Notes under the pieces: model-generated
Told to the model about the DNA's origin: nothing
Database searches by the model: none
What the model saw: only the letters and a program-made list of their open reading frames with translations
Source: Nymphaea colorata
Lineage: Eukaryota
DNA length: 64,000 nt
Reading direction: 5' to 3'
Assembly (NCBI RefSeq): GCF_008831285.2
Contig: NC_045138.2
Coordinates: 7,502,001 to 7,566,000 of the forward strand
Shown: one piece after another, positions 50,101 to 62,511 of the stretch
Layout of the letters: each line of letters begins with the position of its first letter
How positions within the stretch are numbered: the first letter of the stretch is position 1
Position numbers and translations under genes: made by a program

Positions 50101-52375
50101 GTTGATCATTGCCCGCATGGATCAAGTATACTATCATCTAATGTTCAAAACAAGCAAATTCGTACAACAGAGGTCACTTTGGTGACATAAAGTACAAACA
50201 TACTCATCTCGAACAACAGACATGGCCAAGGTTAAAAATTCACATTCCAAACATTCATCTAAAATACACACACAAATTAACAACATGCAAAACATAATGC
50301 TTAAACCAAATTATCATATAAGTATGTCCTACATTAAATCCAAAACCAAAATGATTCAATGAAATTGGCTCAAAAGAGTCCAAAATTTATAAATCGGTAC
50401 CATAATCGTGCTTAAGAGGGTCAAGAACTACTAAATCGGCCTTAAAATGGCCCGTATCGTTCTTAAACCACAATTAGAACACCCATATGCCCCTACATAG
50501 GGCTGAACCAGTCTAAAAATTGGATGTACCGGTCAAAAAATAGACCGTATCGGTTCTAAAACCCACTGAACCGGTTAAAATTGGCTAAAAATGGTTCCAG
50601 AACTCAATGAACCGGTCTGAAAAGCCCTGAATCGGTCTAAATATCAAGTGAACCGGTCTGAAAATGCCCGAATCGGATCGAAAATCAACTTAATCGGTTC
50701 TGAAATGCTAGAATCGGTTCCAAAACTGAATGAACCGGTTCTGAAAAGCCTTGAATCGGTCCGAAAATGGTTCGAATCGGTTCTGAAATGAATGAACCGG
50801 TCCCAAAATGGTCCGAATCGGATCTGAAAGGTCCGAACCGGTCTGAAAACCAACTGAACGGGTCCAGAAAAGATCTGAATCGGTCCCAACATGTCCGAAC
50901 CGGTTCTGAATCGAGCTGAATCGGTCTGAAACTGAATGAACCGGTTCGATTCTTTTCAGAACCGGTTTGACAATAATGAACCGTTTCTTTAAAAGTTAAA
51001 CCCCATGGATACGGGTCGAGTCCAACAGGACCCGACCCAGTCTGAAAAATTAAACGCAACGCGCGTGGGCGGTCGACAAATTTTTTTTTTTTGTTTAAAT
51101 CACGATGGATCCGGATCGGGTCTGTCAAGACCCGACCCGGTCCAACCCACTGCCTCCCGCTCGACGGCTCGCAGGCAGCGAGACCGCCGCTTGCCCTGCC
51201 AAGCACCGAACGGCAGGCGAACGGTGACATCACCTCCGGCGCGCCTCCGGGGGGCTTGGGTGGGCGCCGGCAGATGGTACGGCGCCGTCCGGCGACGATG
51301 AACTCTCCGGCGGTGGAGTTGTGGAGGTGGGAGCCGGAATCGGGCAAAGCCCTTCCTCCCCCTCCTCTGCCCTCCTCTGCCTGTACCGTCAAGGATCGAC
51401 AGCGGACATGCCTCACGGCAGGCGGACGGCCGGTAGTCGACCGAACCGGCGGTCGCCCCTCCCGCCCTTTTGGCCATAACTGTCGGCCCCGGCCGTTGCC
51501 CCTCCCTGCGGTCGTTCCTCCTTCTCGTCGCCTTCCCTACTATCCCCCTTTCCTTCTTGTTCTTTTGTTTTCGCTGCAACAGAGACGCGGAGAGCGCCGA
51601 CAGGCAACCCAACGGCGTGGGTGGCCGCAGGCAGGACACGCCCCAACGGCCAGAGGCCCGCCATCGCCCAACGGCGACTGACGCCCGCCGATCCTTTCGT
51701 CCCCTTCTCCGATCCTCCTGATGGCTGCAACAGAAGCCCGACGGCTTCCGTCGCACGCCCTCAACCCAAAATTTTTTTATTTTTTTATTTTTTGAAAAAC
51801 TTGCAGCCGAAGAACCAAATGGGGAACATCTGAACGGGAAGAACGCACAAAATCACCAAAAATAAACGATTCAACAATGAGCATAAGCTCTGATACCAAT
51901 TGTTGGGATTTCTCCCCATAACGCATATACAAAATCAAATGTATATACCCTAAAACAGGATCATGTTCATGCTAAATCATTGAAATAAACGAAATCTTAA
52001 ACTGAAGCGGAAGCGTACCTGAATCCATGTGAAGAACTGAATGGTAGATCGCGGTAGGATCTTCCAGGGTCTTTGCGGCGCGCTTGAGGTCTCTCTCAGA
52101 TGGAGAAGAGGAAAACCCTAGAAACCAATGTTTCAGGCAACTGTTCGCACGACCCCAGGGACCACTACCATTATATAATGAGGACAATTACGGATTCAAC
52201 CCATCAAAGAGTCCGTAATTGCGTACTGGTATCTATACATTTCAAAATTACCCCATACCATCTAAAATGACGTAATATCCCAAAATACAATCACTTAAGC
52301 AGATATTCACGTTAAGATAGCCATAATGTCTGAAATTCCTCATAGACATATGTCGGCCCACCAAATGATCTTACA
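47141..52375 (-). mobile_element. Copia-C right copy: 5' LTR (51901-52375), PBS (51887-51898), leader, gag, deleted pol, RT/RNase H; 3' LTR missing
   Basis: gag MIVLGCMDLDLAFR..WERSNRMCLMIMK, protease VDSVATTHIS, RT YVNDILL/CTRPDIAF, RNase H KHIDI..ADPLANGL. Confidence 0.9.
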
Positions 52376-53029
52376 TTACATCCCTATAAAACCTAGATAG
52401 ATGATATAGAGAAGAATCTGAGTTAGACATTCAAAACACTATCCACAGAATGAATATGAAAATGGGCGACGTAGATTATGAGCACTGATGCCACGTAACC
52501 AAAGATGCTGTAATAACCCCCTCCAAAACAGACCCTGATGCCCTGATATGATGCATCCAAACCTGCCCTACAGCTTTGGTTCTTACCAGAGAAGCTTATG
52601 AACCAAGATAACTAGTGGTACAAGGCCAAACTTATGAGAGCTCTCTAAAGTTCTCAATCTCCACAATATAGGACTATTGTTAGTCCTCCCAAATAATGTG
52701 TTACAGGTACAGCTGCATCATATTTCAAAAAAACATGTGCCCAGGTGCGGCATTATATATATATGTGTGTATCTGTGTGTGTATGTATGTGTGTATCCAG
52801 AGTCTGTTGCCATCACTCATTGAGAGTTAGACCAAAGCACCTTGTTTGCACCCACACCAAGTGCACATCCAACTGGGTTATGGTAGTTTACTTGAAGCAC
52901 CCATATGACATAGGTGACCACCACTTGTAGTTGTGACCTAGACCTGTCAAAATAAAATCTTGCACATCCAAAAGATTCCTCCATGGTTTTTCTGGCAGAG
53001 AACAAAGAAAAGAAGGAAGACTTGCCCTC

Positions 53030-56000
53030 CATAAATTTTGGAAGCTCGTCAACAGTAAGCTAACGACTTCATCAAAATTTCAAATATTTATGGTCTCTTC
53101 AAAAGATATTTACCCTATCATCTGATCCTTCAAGCAGCTATCAATCAATCAGGGGGTTTTTTCATAAAAAATGTTGTAACAAAGAATCAATTCAACCTTC
53201 AAAAGCTACAATGGATGCCAATCCTTATTCATCTGCAGTGGACACATCTCGGCATGTCATTCTTCATTTTGGAACCACAAACGTGTTTCAAGCATCACCA
53301 CAAATATCGTTCTCTGAAAAAGCTCGGCAAGTTTTTTTCTAAGGTATCTATCCACGAAGTTCTTCTTCTTAGAACAATCTTGGCAAAATCTCGGTAATTT
53401 TCAAAAAATTTCAAAAGCAATAAAAAATCAAAAATTATTAAAATCTCTGGAAAAGAACATGATAAAATCGCAGCATTTTCATTTTTGGTGATTTTTCTTC
53501 TTTTTTGGTTTTATTTGATTTTCTCGTAAATATCGCTAGATTTGCGAAAATATCACGATATCTCTGACTCTAAGTTTTCAAGTAGTAAACTATCAACTTT
53601 ACGTTTTTGTGTAAACCATGATTGTGCAGAACAACATGCAAAAGCAGGTACAACAGAAAAATTATTCTAACACTAACAACAATGAATGAAGTAAAAATGA
53701 ATTTGGACAAACATCTGGATTTTATCCGTCTCATTCTCTTCCCCAAAAATAAATGGTGATGTAAGAGTATCGCCAATGGGATGAGTAGTCCATTTATATG
53801 CCAAAAAACAGACTTTGTTGTTGTAAGCAATGAAAATTATTAAATTCCATCCAAACATACTATAGACAAAAGTGCAAAAAATTTCCACATCAAAAAACAA
53901 AGAAGAAATGCTAGGAAAATCAGGTTAGTAAAAGAAAGTTTCACCAAATGCACGAAGAAAAGACAAAACGATAGATGATGGTTATCTTAATCTAGGTGAA
54001 GTAACAATCAGTTAGAGCTACAGAAACTCTCTTCACACGTGGAACACATTTAGCCTAGGAACTCACTAAAATATTTTCCATGTTTTCGAAGCCAAACAGA
54101 TATTAATAACAAAGCCGATAAAAACAAATTTTACTATTGAACACATATACCATGCTGTTAACAGGTTGCTGTTTTACCCCATGAAAAAGGTATGCAGCAT
54201 ACACTTGTGATATTTAAAAAAAAAAATCTTAAATAAAAAGCCCAAAATCGGCATAAATACTGTTCAAGTGTACTCTTCATAATAGACCACAGACCACAGA
54301 AATGAATCATCTAATCGAGAAATTGCACTGGAGCACCTAAAACGCTGGCGGCATGCTTAACACATGTAAGTCAGACGGGAACTGGGGAATAAAAACCTGT
54401 CCTTGGGAGGGGGACAACAGCTGGAAACAACTGTCAATACCTCGTAGGCTAAGTAGCAAAAGGAGGAATCCACCCGAGGAGGGGCTCTCATCTGATTAGC
54501 TAATTGGTGAGGCAATAGTTTACCAAGGCCATGATCTATAGCTTGTCCGAGAGGATATAAACCTGTATGCAGGTGGCAAATTCAACCAATTTGGCAAAAC
54601 TAGAAGCAGGTACAGGTCAACAAGATTTATTGATGTGCGCCTCACGATTACTAATCTAGTGATGATGTGAAAAATTAATTTAATAGACATTCAATTCATT
54701 TGAGTTTCTTTGGGTGGATGTATCCTTTTGCAAACAAGAAACCCCAGTTGACTTCGTGCAGAAATGAATAATTTAGTGGATCAGACACATTAAGAAGACA
54801 ATATTAAGTTACTAACCAGGATGAAACTCAAGTATGCACCTCTCACAAACAACTCGGAGAACACACTGAGAAAAGAATAGTTCACGTAAGCTTTTACCTT
54901 TGTCTGGACCATTCCAATTCGCTGTGATCTGAACCCAATGATTGTTTTGTCAAGATCAACGGCTGACATGTAACCAGTCAGTTGGATTGTGTGAAGGATG
55001 GTACAAAATGCACGGTCCTTCCTATACTAGCACAGGGTAAATAAGTCAAATGAAAAAAGGCTTAGTGTATGCAAGTAACTGATAGCACCTAGATAAAAAC
55101 CAGCATCTTCCAGTTATGACGCAAATTAAACCTGCAATGCACAACCAAAGGACCCAGCTCTCCAGGAAGATGATAACGAACAGCTCGAGTATCAACAGGC
55201 TCTCCATGATTAGGCCAATGAGGATACTGCAAATACAGTACAGGAAGCGGCGCAGCATTTGACTGCAAAGAATGGAACAAAAGAAAGAAACAGGCTACAT
55301 GTCCTTACCAAACAAGTTATCTTACACATCAACAAATTCACAGTGCAGAATTTTGCATGAGCATATGCGGAGGCCTGATGTGTTTACTTTGCATTAGTTA
55401 TTCAAATCGAAAATAAAATCAGATTCATAGTAAAGGAATGAGATACCAAACAAGCTGTCCACATGACTACCGAGAAAAAAATAATAGTTAGACAAGTACT
55501 AAATAAATGAATAGTTAACTCAAAAAACAAGACAATGAAAAATAATTGTAGGACACTTAAAACTTGAACAATCTTTGACGGGAAACAGTAATATAGGAAA
55601 GAGACAGAAGTCTCTCACCTTTCATTATATAAATAGCAAATCTTTAGTGCTACTCAAAGAGTGACATATTCCTTTTCAGAAAACACTCACTAATATAAGA
55701 TCATCTCACACTCACACAACAAACAAATGTATGCAGAACACTAGATAAAGACTATCACCAATCCTGACTTTCTTGGTCTATTACCCTTCTCTGAATAAAT
55801 GTGATTTAGTAAGAAGTGATGAGAGAGAGACAAAGAAGTCAGTTGTTAGAATTGTGAAACATCGGGTCTAATTTAACCATATATATAAAATGGAGAAGCT
55901 GCACCCAGTGCCTACACTCATTTGAAATAACTCGCTCCCCTTGTTCCCCTTGCCTCTCACCTCTTGATTATTGACCTCCATGTAGCGCAACACTAAGGAA

Positions 56001-56974
56001 GTAACACATATCTTCATATGCTTTGTGGTGACACAAATCTTCCCAAATTGCCTAGAACCTTCCTCAGGATGGAAATAGTCACCACACTTCACCACCTGCA
56101 AAACAAAAGTAGTTAAAACAACAAAAGATCAACCATCCAGACTCTCAATAACAAAACCACAAGTATCTTAATCACCCCTAAAAGGAACATTTATTTTTCA
56201 CATTCTTAGAAGGAACATTTTCTCTCTCTACATATGAAGGTTGATCAGGATAATATTTTCACATCCAAGGTAAATTGTAGCTTAAGTTTCTAGACACTTT
56301 CCGCGATGGTCATGATGCATTAAGCATTAAAAAAAAAAATCTACAATATCAATGAAACTGAAACCAACTCTTATCGGTTATTAGGACACAAAATGAAGTA
56401 CCTTGTAATTATCAACCAGTCAGTGAGCATAACAACCACAGGGGCATGGCACTGGATTACCATTTCCCAGAAATCCTCAACAGTTTCTGGTAAAGGACCT
56501 TGTGTAGCTATAAAGCAAGAAAGGTTCCCACCAGATGCAGGCTGCATGGCAAGTCATAGAAGTCAAAAGAAATAGGCAGATCAAAAGTCATATTGCATTG
56601 AGAGGAACAATATACTCTGAGCTAGATTTAACTGGTACAATGCTAGCCAAAGAGAAGAAATATATAAACATATACCCTGATGAAGCTTGCATTGATATAT
56701 CCATTTCCCATCAACTTGTTATCGTTACTTGAGTCAAGAACAACTCTTGAATCATCAACTGGAACAAGCAAATGCCAGTCAATCAAAAGACATAGAAAGA
56801 CAAAATCTAATGATACCCAGCCAAGGAAATTTGCTTTCTTGCTGGTTGCAAAAATGCTATAAGCCTATAATCTTCTCATGTTAAAACGTCTATATAACGG
56901 TTTTTTTCTGAATTGGCAATTTCAAGAGCAACCTTGCATGTCCTCTGCATCGCACTCTTTCTCAACCTGCTAGC
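53030..56974 (-). pseudogene. PTP1: Protein tyrosine phosphatase (PTP1-like) pseudogene, at least 6 exons, first exon absent
   Basis: Exons 56878-56974 (EKNRYIDVL), 56676-56758 (GYINASFIR), 56402-56541 ([19 protein letters not shown]), 55961-56095 (VKCGDYF), 55132-55262 (QYPHWPNHG..VVHCS), 54898-55032 (ASIGRT..QRIGMVQT), and a tentative last exon from ~53127 (DQ..VDEL). Lesions: lost GT donor at ~56877, 1-nt deletions in two exons, CTG instead of CAG acceptor at 55033, WPD->WPN. Confidence 0.9.
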
Positions 56975-57980
56975 CTATAAACGGACATCATCAGAAGAAA
57001 GTAGGTAAATTATTCACTATTGAAACCTTTACGAAAGAAATATAGGATCTCCTTCCAGCCATTTATCCAATCATCAAACACTTTTCCTACAGAATGTCAG
57101 TCCAAGACAGAAAAACATGCATGATCTGTATGAAAAGATAAACACATGTGAGAAGCAAAGAACTAAGATACCAATGGTTGTCACAATTTTAGAACCTAAA
57201 TCACATGGATGGGAGTACAAGTGCGGATTCAGGTACAGCAGTATGGCTTCAGACATCGCAAATTTGACAATATGGATGCAGAGTATAGTTTGAGGCTAAG
57301 TCACATGGGGTACCTGGGAAACAGTGGACTACCAGTATGGCAATGTAACCATACATGGGTATGGGGACACACCTGGGTATGATTTATTCATTAACTATTT
57401 GCATTTTTATCTTTTGTGCAAATTATGCTATGTTCTTGTATTCCTGAGCTACATATGAACTATGAAAATAGCATAATTTGAGATACAAACGTAATTTTGT
57501 TTATGTCGTGACTTGTAAAAGACATTAAGCCACATAAATCTTCTAATAGTAGCTTCATCAGCATCTTCAGCAGCTTCATTTTGCAGATGACTATATTGCT
57601 GGTTCAAGTGGTATTATATATTGTTTAGCAACTTATGGTCAATCTGACACGGTTACCTCCATTTGGGTGAGGTACCAGTGGCTACACATGTATGGGTATC
57701 TGTACACTCCTAGAAATCGTCAGACCTATGTTGGGTTTGGTCTACACACCCATGGCCATATTTGTCTTTTTTTGGACTTGGTCAAAACTGTCCAACCCCA
57801 TTCTTGTCTACTAAATAATTTTTTTTATCAAATAATTGTGTACATAAGATGAAAATGAAGAGTATACCACAGAAACTGAAGGGCTCTTCTTGTTCTCTGT
57901 AGTCAAGACTTTCCGGCAAGATTCTCCGATGACTTAGTTTAATAAAACATTATATATTGTTTTGTTTGTATTCAAAATCT

Positions 57981-58020
<40 letters not shown>

Positions 58021-58673
58021 AGAGGAAAGGGGTGTACAGGGATACATGAGGACATATATATCATAGTCACAAATAATATTTTTGAGTTTTAAGCGGTAAG
58101 GTTTTTTTTCAAGTATAATACGCAATCTTGAAAAAAAGAAAAAAAATATGGTAAATTTTAAAAACTTTTAAAAAATTAAAAATGATGAAAAAATAAAAGC
58201 GAGAAACTAATAACACAATTATCAAAAGATAAGTAGATTTACAACAAATAATCCATATTAAATGAAATGATACATACGTAGACTTGTTAGGTCACAAATT
58301 GAGTCTATCTATACAAACAACACATATATAAGCCTACCATATAGATTTCTTGCGTTTTCATAAAAACAGGTATTGCTACGACCATCGATTATCCTGTGCT
58401 TCCTTGACCGAAGGAGAGAGAGAGAAAGGGAAGAATTAGTTTTGATTGTTTTTATTAAAATATTAATTAATACATAGTTGTATCGGTCTATATAAACCGA
58501 TTCAACCTCCTGTAAGCACAATTAATTTCTGGTCGACCGTATGCCGATACGATTATAATTTATAAATCGGCTAAAACGAGCCATTACACGTTGAAATTAC
58601 TAGCATTGGTGGGAGCACCAAGGTTCTAACAGCCATGGCTCCGGAAGACCAACAGCCCTGCCGGCCGGCTTAC

Positions 58674-59252
58674 TCACCGGTGCACTACGACCACATCGTA
58701 CTGCACGGTGGCATCGCGGGTTTTGCTGTCGACCCAAAGCGTCCTGATTATGGCATAGCCGCGGGCCATCCGGAAGGCGCCGGTGCCGCTGATAACCGGT
58801 ATCTCCCTCACCTTGCCAAGCACCGGGTTCCGGCCCATGATGCTGAGGGTGCTGCCGTTATACCTCCCATCCGTGAACACTACGTTCATGGCCATCAACA
58901 GCGCCAGAACCTGCTGCCCCTCCAACGCGTAGATCCCCTGGCACCTTCCCACCTGCTTTGACGTCATCTGCGGCCCCTCTGTCAAAAGGTTGTCCATCAT
59001 CTGGACTTGGCCGAAGCCGGTGGAAGAATTAAGGGCGGAGGGGCTCTGCACAATGGTGACGCTGGTGGGGTGTTTGCCGCTCAGCACGTCGTGCCAGTAG
59101 AAGCGGAGGCGGGTCACCTTGTCTTTGCTCGGCAGCCTTGGCCTTGGTGATGGGCGACCGGGATACTTAGCAGCGGCAACGCTGGTGGTGGTGGTGATGA
59201 AGAGGAAGAGCGTGAAGAAGAGAAAGGACTTAGCAGGGAGGCTGCTGTCCAT
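58674..59252 (-). CDS. DIR: Dirigent protein (DIR-b/d-like), intronless, 192 aa with signal peptide
   Basis: MDSSLPAKSFLFFTLFLFITTTTSVAA signal peptide; motifs LRFYWHDVLSG, FGQVQMMDNLLTEG, VGRCQGIY, YNGSTLSIMGRN, REIPVISGTGAFRMARGYA; TATA box ~80-90 nt upstream. Confidence 0.93.
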   Translation of the reverse strand: MDSSLPAKSFLFFTLFLFITTTTSVAAAKYPGRPSPRPRLPSKDKVTRLRFYWHDVLSGKHPTSVTIVQSPSALNSSTGFGQVQMMDNLLTEGPQMTSKQVGRCQGIYALEGQQVLALLMAMNVVFTDGRYNGSTLSIMGRNPVLGKVREIPVISGTGAFRMARGYAIIRTLWVDSKTRDATVQYDVVVVHR

Positions 59253-59331
59253 GGTGATGCTTGAGGGAGGAGGGGAGAGGAGAGGGGTTCCACCAGACTT
59301 GAGAGAGAGGGCGTCTTTGGTGTCTCCCATG

Positions 59332-59342
59332 GTTTTTATAGA
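59332..59342 (-). promoter_or_regulatory. TATA box of the DIR gene (TCTATAAAAAC)
   Basis: Conserved at the same position in all three DIR copies (also ~38930-38941 and ~14278-14288). Confidence 0.7.
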
Positions 59343-59459
59343 AATATTTAAGAGAGAGAGAGAAACAGAGAGCCATATATATATATATATATATGGCTCT
59401 CTGTTTCCTGCTGCAGGATGTTCACCTAATGCCTGACATGACATACCATTCACAAATAT

Positions 59460-62400
59460 AATTGAAGCTTCCTTCCTCCACATTTAAGAAAATGTGTTCG
59501 ACCAACTAGATCGTTCTTTATTGATGATGATTACTTGTTTTGTTTTGGGGTAATGCACTTATTTTTTTCTAATACATGCATTGTTAAATTTATATAGTGA
59601 TGGTAGACAGCAAAAGTATAATTGAAAAAGACAAAGACAGACTAGTGTGGGATGATGAGCAAGAACAATTTTTGTTTGATTGTTTATTAAAATAATCTCA
59701 TATTCCTGACATGAAAGTTAATGGATGATTAAGAGATGTAGCTATGAAGCAACCTGAGATATTGATGATAAGAAAAAATATGGTGAAGAATATACAGTAA
59801 AAAAAATTAAAACAAATTAAACTGTGCTAAACCAACTGTTATAGGAGAAATTTTAATGCTAGTAGATTTGGAGGGGATGTAGACTATAAGATGGTCTTGA
59901 CTCACAAGCATGTGTGGGATGAGCATGTAAAAAGACATCCAAATAAAAAAAATACATAAGGCTATCTACTTGAAAATTTTATGAGCATTCAATAAAAATA
60001 TGAGATAAATCTATTGCGATGGATAACCATAGAAATGTATATTCAAATATACCAATATCATCAGCGGAAGTTTCACTCATTACTCTATTAGATGAGAAAG
60101 TATTTTAAGCAAATAATTTTGATGACCCCATGAGTAACTCATTAGGCGACCAACCTTCATCATCAAGGGGAACACGTAATAAAAGAAAGTCATCCAGGAT
60201 GCTTCTATTTGTGATGTGATAAGTAGTCTAACTGAAGAAGTATGCTTTTAATGATGCTACTCCATATCATTTAACAAAACAAGCCAGTGACATTGTATTA
60301 GAGTTATTCAAAAATAGTGAAATTGATTCATCTACTTGTTTGAAAGTGATAGATTTGTGTCAAATTCACATCATGTGACTACACACCTTTGTTTTCTACC
60401 ATAGTTGAAGACTGAGTGGTTGCATGAAAAAATTAAATGTCTGTGTACAATTTTGATTAAGCATCTATAGTGAGTAATTGAGTTAATATATTTATGCTAG
60501 TTCATTTTTTAGTATACTTCTTTACGTTGGTTGAGTTAATATGTTTTATTAATTTAGGTTATCATTAGCATGTTTTATGTAAGTTGACTTTATGGTAATT
60601 TTTTTATTCATTAAGTTTATGGATCATTTGTTATTGATTTCTTATGTGTAATACAAAAAATGGGAACTCGTGTGCAAGAAATGATTATTTTTCAAGTGGC
60701 AATAGTTGTTGTACTTATTTGCATGAGACAACCATGACATATGGTCATGCTCCATCGTAGGAGAAATGTTGGTCAACTATTTGTCTATGATTGTATTTAT
60801 GATCACCCACGGTACTCTTATGATCTTCTGTGAATGGAACAAGAAACCTATATAAGATTCTGTGAGATATTTCGAGTTAGAAGATTACTAAATGATTCAC
60901 GTCATATATCAATTGAAGAACAAATTGCAATGTTTTTGCTGACTATGGGGCATGATTCAGGAAATCAAAGAATTTAGTATGATTTTCAACATTTAGAAGA
61001 CACAGTCAACATATATTTTAATTTGGTTTTACAAGAATTATGTTTCATTGCTCATGAATATATGGGGCAATGTGATGAAGGCACGCTTTTACTCATACTT
61101 TAAGGTATTTAAACATGCAAAGTTTAATTTGTTAACTAATGTTTTTTTACAATTAATATTTCTAATGATAGGATGGTTTGGAAGCAATAGATGGAACCAA
61201 CATTCCTATGTACTTGTGAAGAGAGAATCAATGTCGTTGGATAAACAAAAAAAGGTTTTCAATAGTATAATGTCCTTGCTATTGTAGGCTTCGATATGCA
61301 CTTTCATTATGTTCTTGGTGGTTGGGAAGGAACACAACATATGCTAAAGTGTTATATGGTGCATTTGATGATGAACATTATCCTTTACAATTACCTCAAG
61401 GTGAGTTTTGAATCTTAAATAAGTTATATGATTTATAATTGGTTATATGATTTATAATTTCTTATATGATAGTAATTTTGAAGTTTTAAAATTATTTTTG
61501 AAAGTTGGCAACGTGTATAGTGATTGTGGTTTTGTTTATGAATTGTTATTGACATTTTTATAAATATATTATAGTGAAATGGCAATTTATTCCGATGTTA
61601 GTTTATTGTCAATGTCAAGCTTATTTTTATATGTTTTTTCTTATTAGTGTATACTGTATTATCAATAATATTCACATAAATTGTTGTTGAAATGCAAGGA
61701 CCAAGGTGAACAGGCAATGGACTAGCATTATTTTATGATTGTTGGTGGTTGTTTTGATTACATGTGAATCATCATCATTTTCAAGTGATGAACTTCATTG
61801 AAGAATATGACAGTTTTCTCTTTAGTCATATAACTATCGTGATATACATTTGGTTGTTTCTAGAAACTTGTATCTAAACATTTTTGTATGGTTTGTATCT
61901 AACAAATTGAAAGTTTACTCTTCAGTTATGTCTTTTTGTTATTTTTAATTAGATGATGTTTTCTTTTATAATATATAGATTTTATGTCATTTACAAGTGG
62001 AGAGAGAGAGAAAGAAAGAGAGAGAAAAGAAAAATGAGAAAAGACAAAAAAAATATTTTGTTGGTTAGTATATTTTAGGTTGTTTGCATTTGTAGAGATA
62101 GAAAGAGAGAGAGAGTACTTTTTGTTAGCTTTGATGTTTTTTTTACATATTTTATTAGTTTTTTATTATATATTGATTTTAAGTCTCTCATGTGTATAGA
62201 GAGAAAAAGCAAGACAGTGTTTGTCTTTTCAATATGTTTTCCAAAATATTTTCCTTTGTCTTTATATATATATATACGTATATATATATATATATAAAGA
62301 TAGAAAAATGCAAAACATGTGTGGAACTTGTCCGTCTAATTATTTAAACAAACAGTGGGCAAGACAAGTTGAAAAAGTTTTGTCATTGTTATAAACAAAC

Positions 62401-62511
62401 ATTGAACAGAATTACACCTTATCAATATGGACAATGACTCTTCGTTCTTAGGACACTTGTTCTAAGGGCAAGTGTCTTAAAGAATAGTTGTTTTTTCAAT
62501 CAAACGGTCTT
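59460..62511 (+). mobile_element. Decayed PIF/Harbinger element, copy 2
   Basis: Retains the Myb/SANT N-terminus KDKDRLVWDDEQEQFLFDCL that is deleted in copy 1; AIDGTNIP; NVLAIVGFDMHFHYVLGGWEG; right end CAAACGGTCT-TTA. Confidence 0.8.

Noticed and set aside
59253..59483. 77-aa N-terminal extension of DIR in the 269-aa ORF call
   Set aside because: It runs through the TATA box and microsatellites, is not frame-conserved in the paralogs, and would bury the signal peptide.
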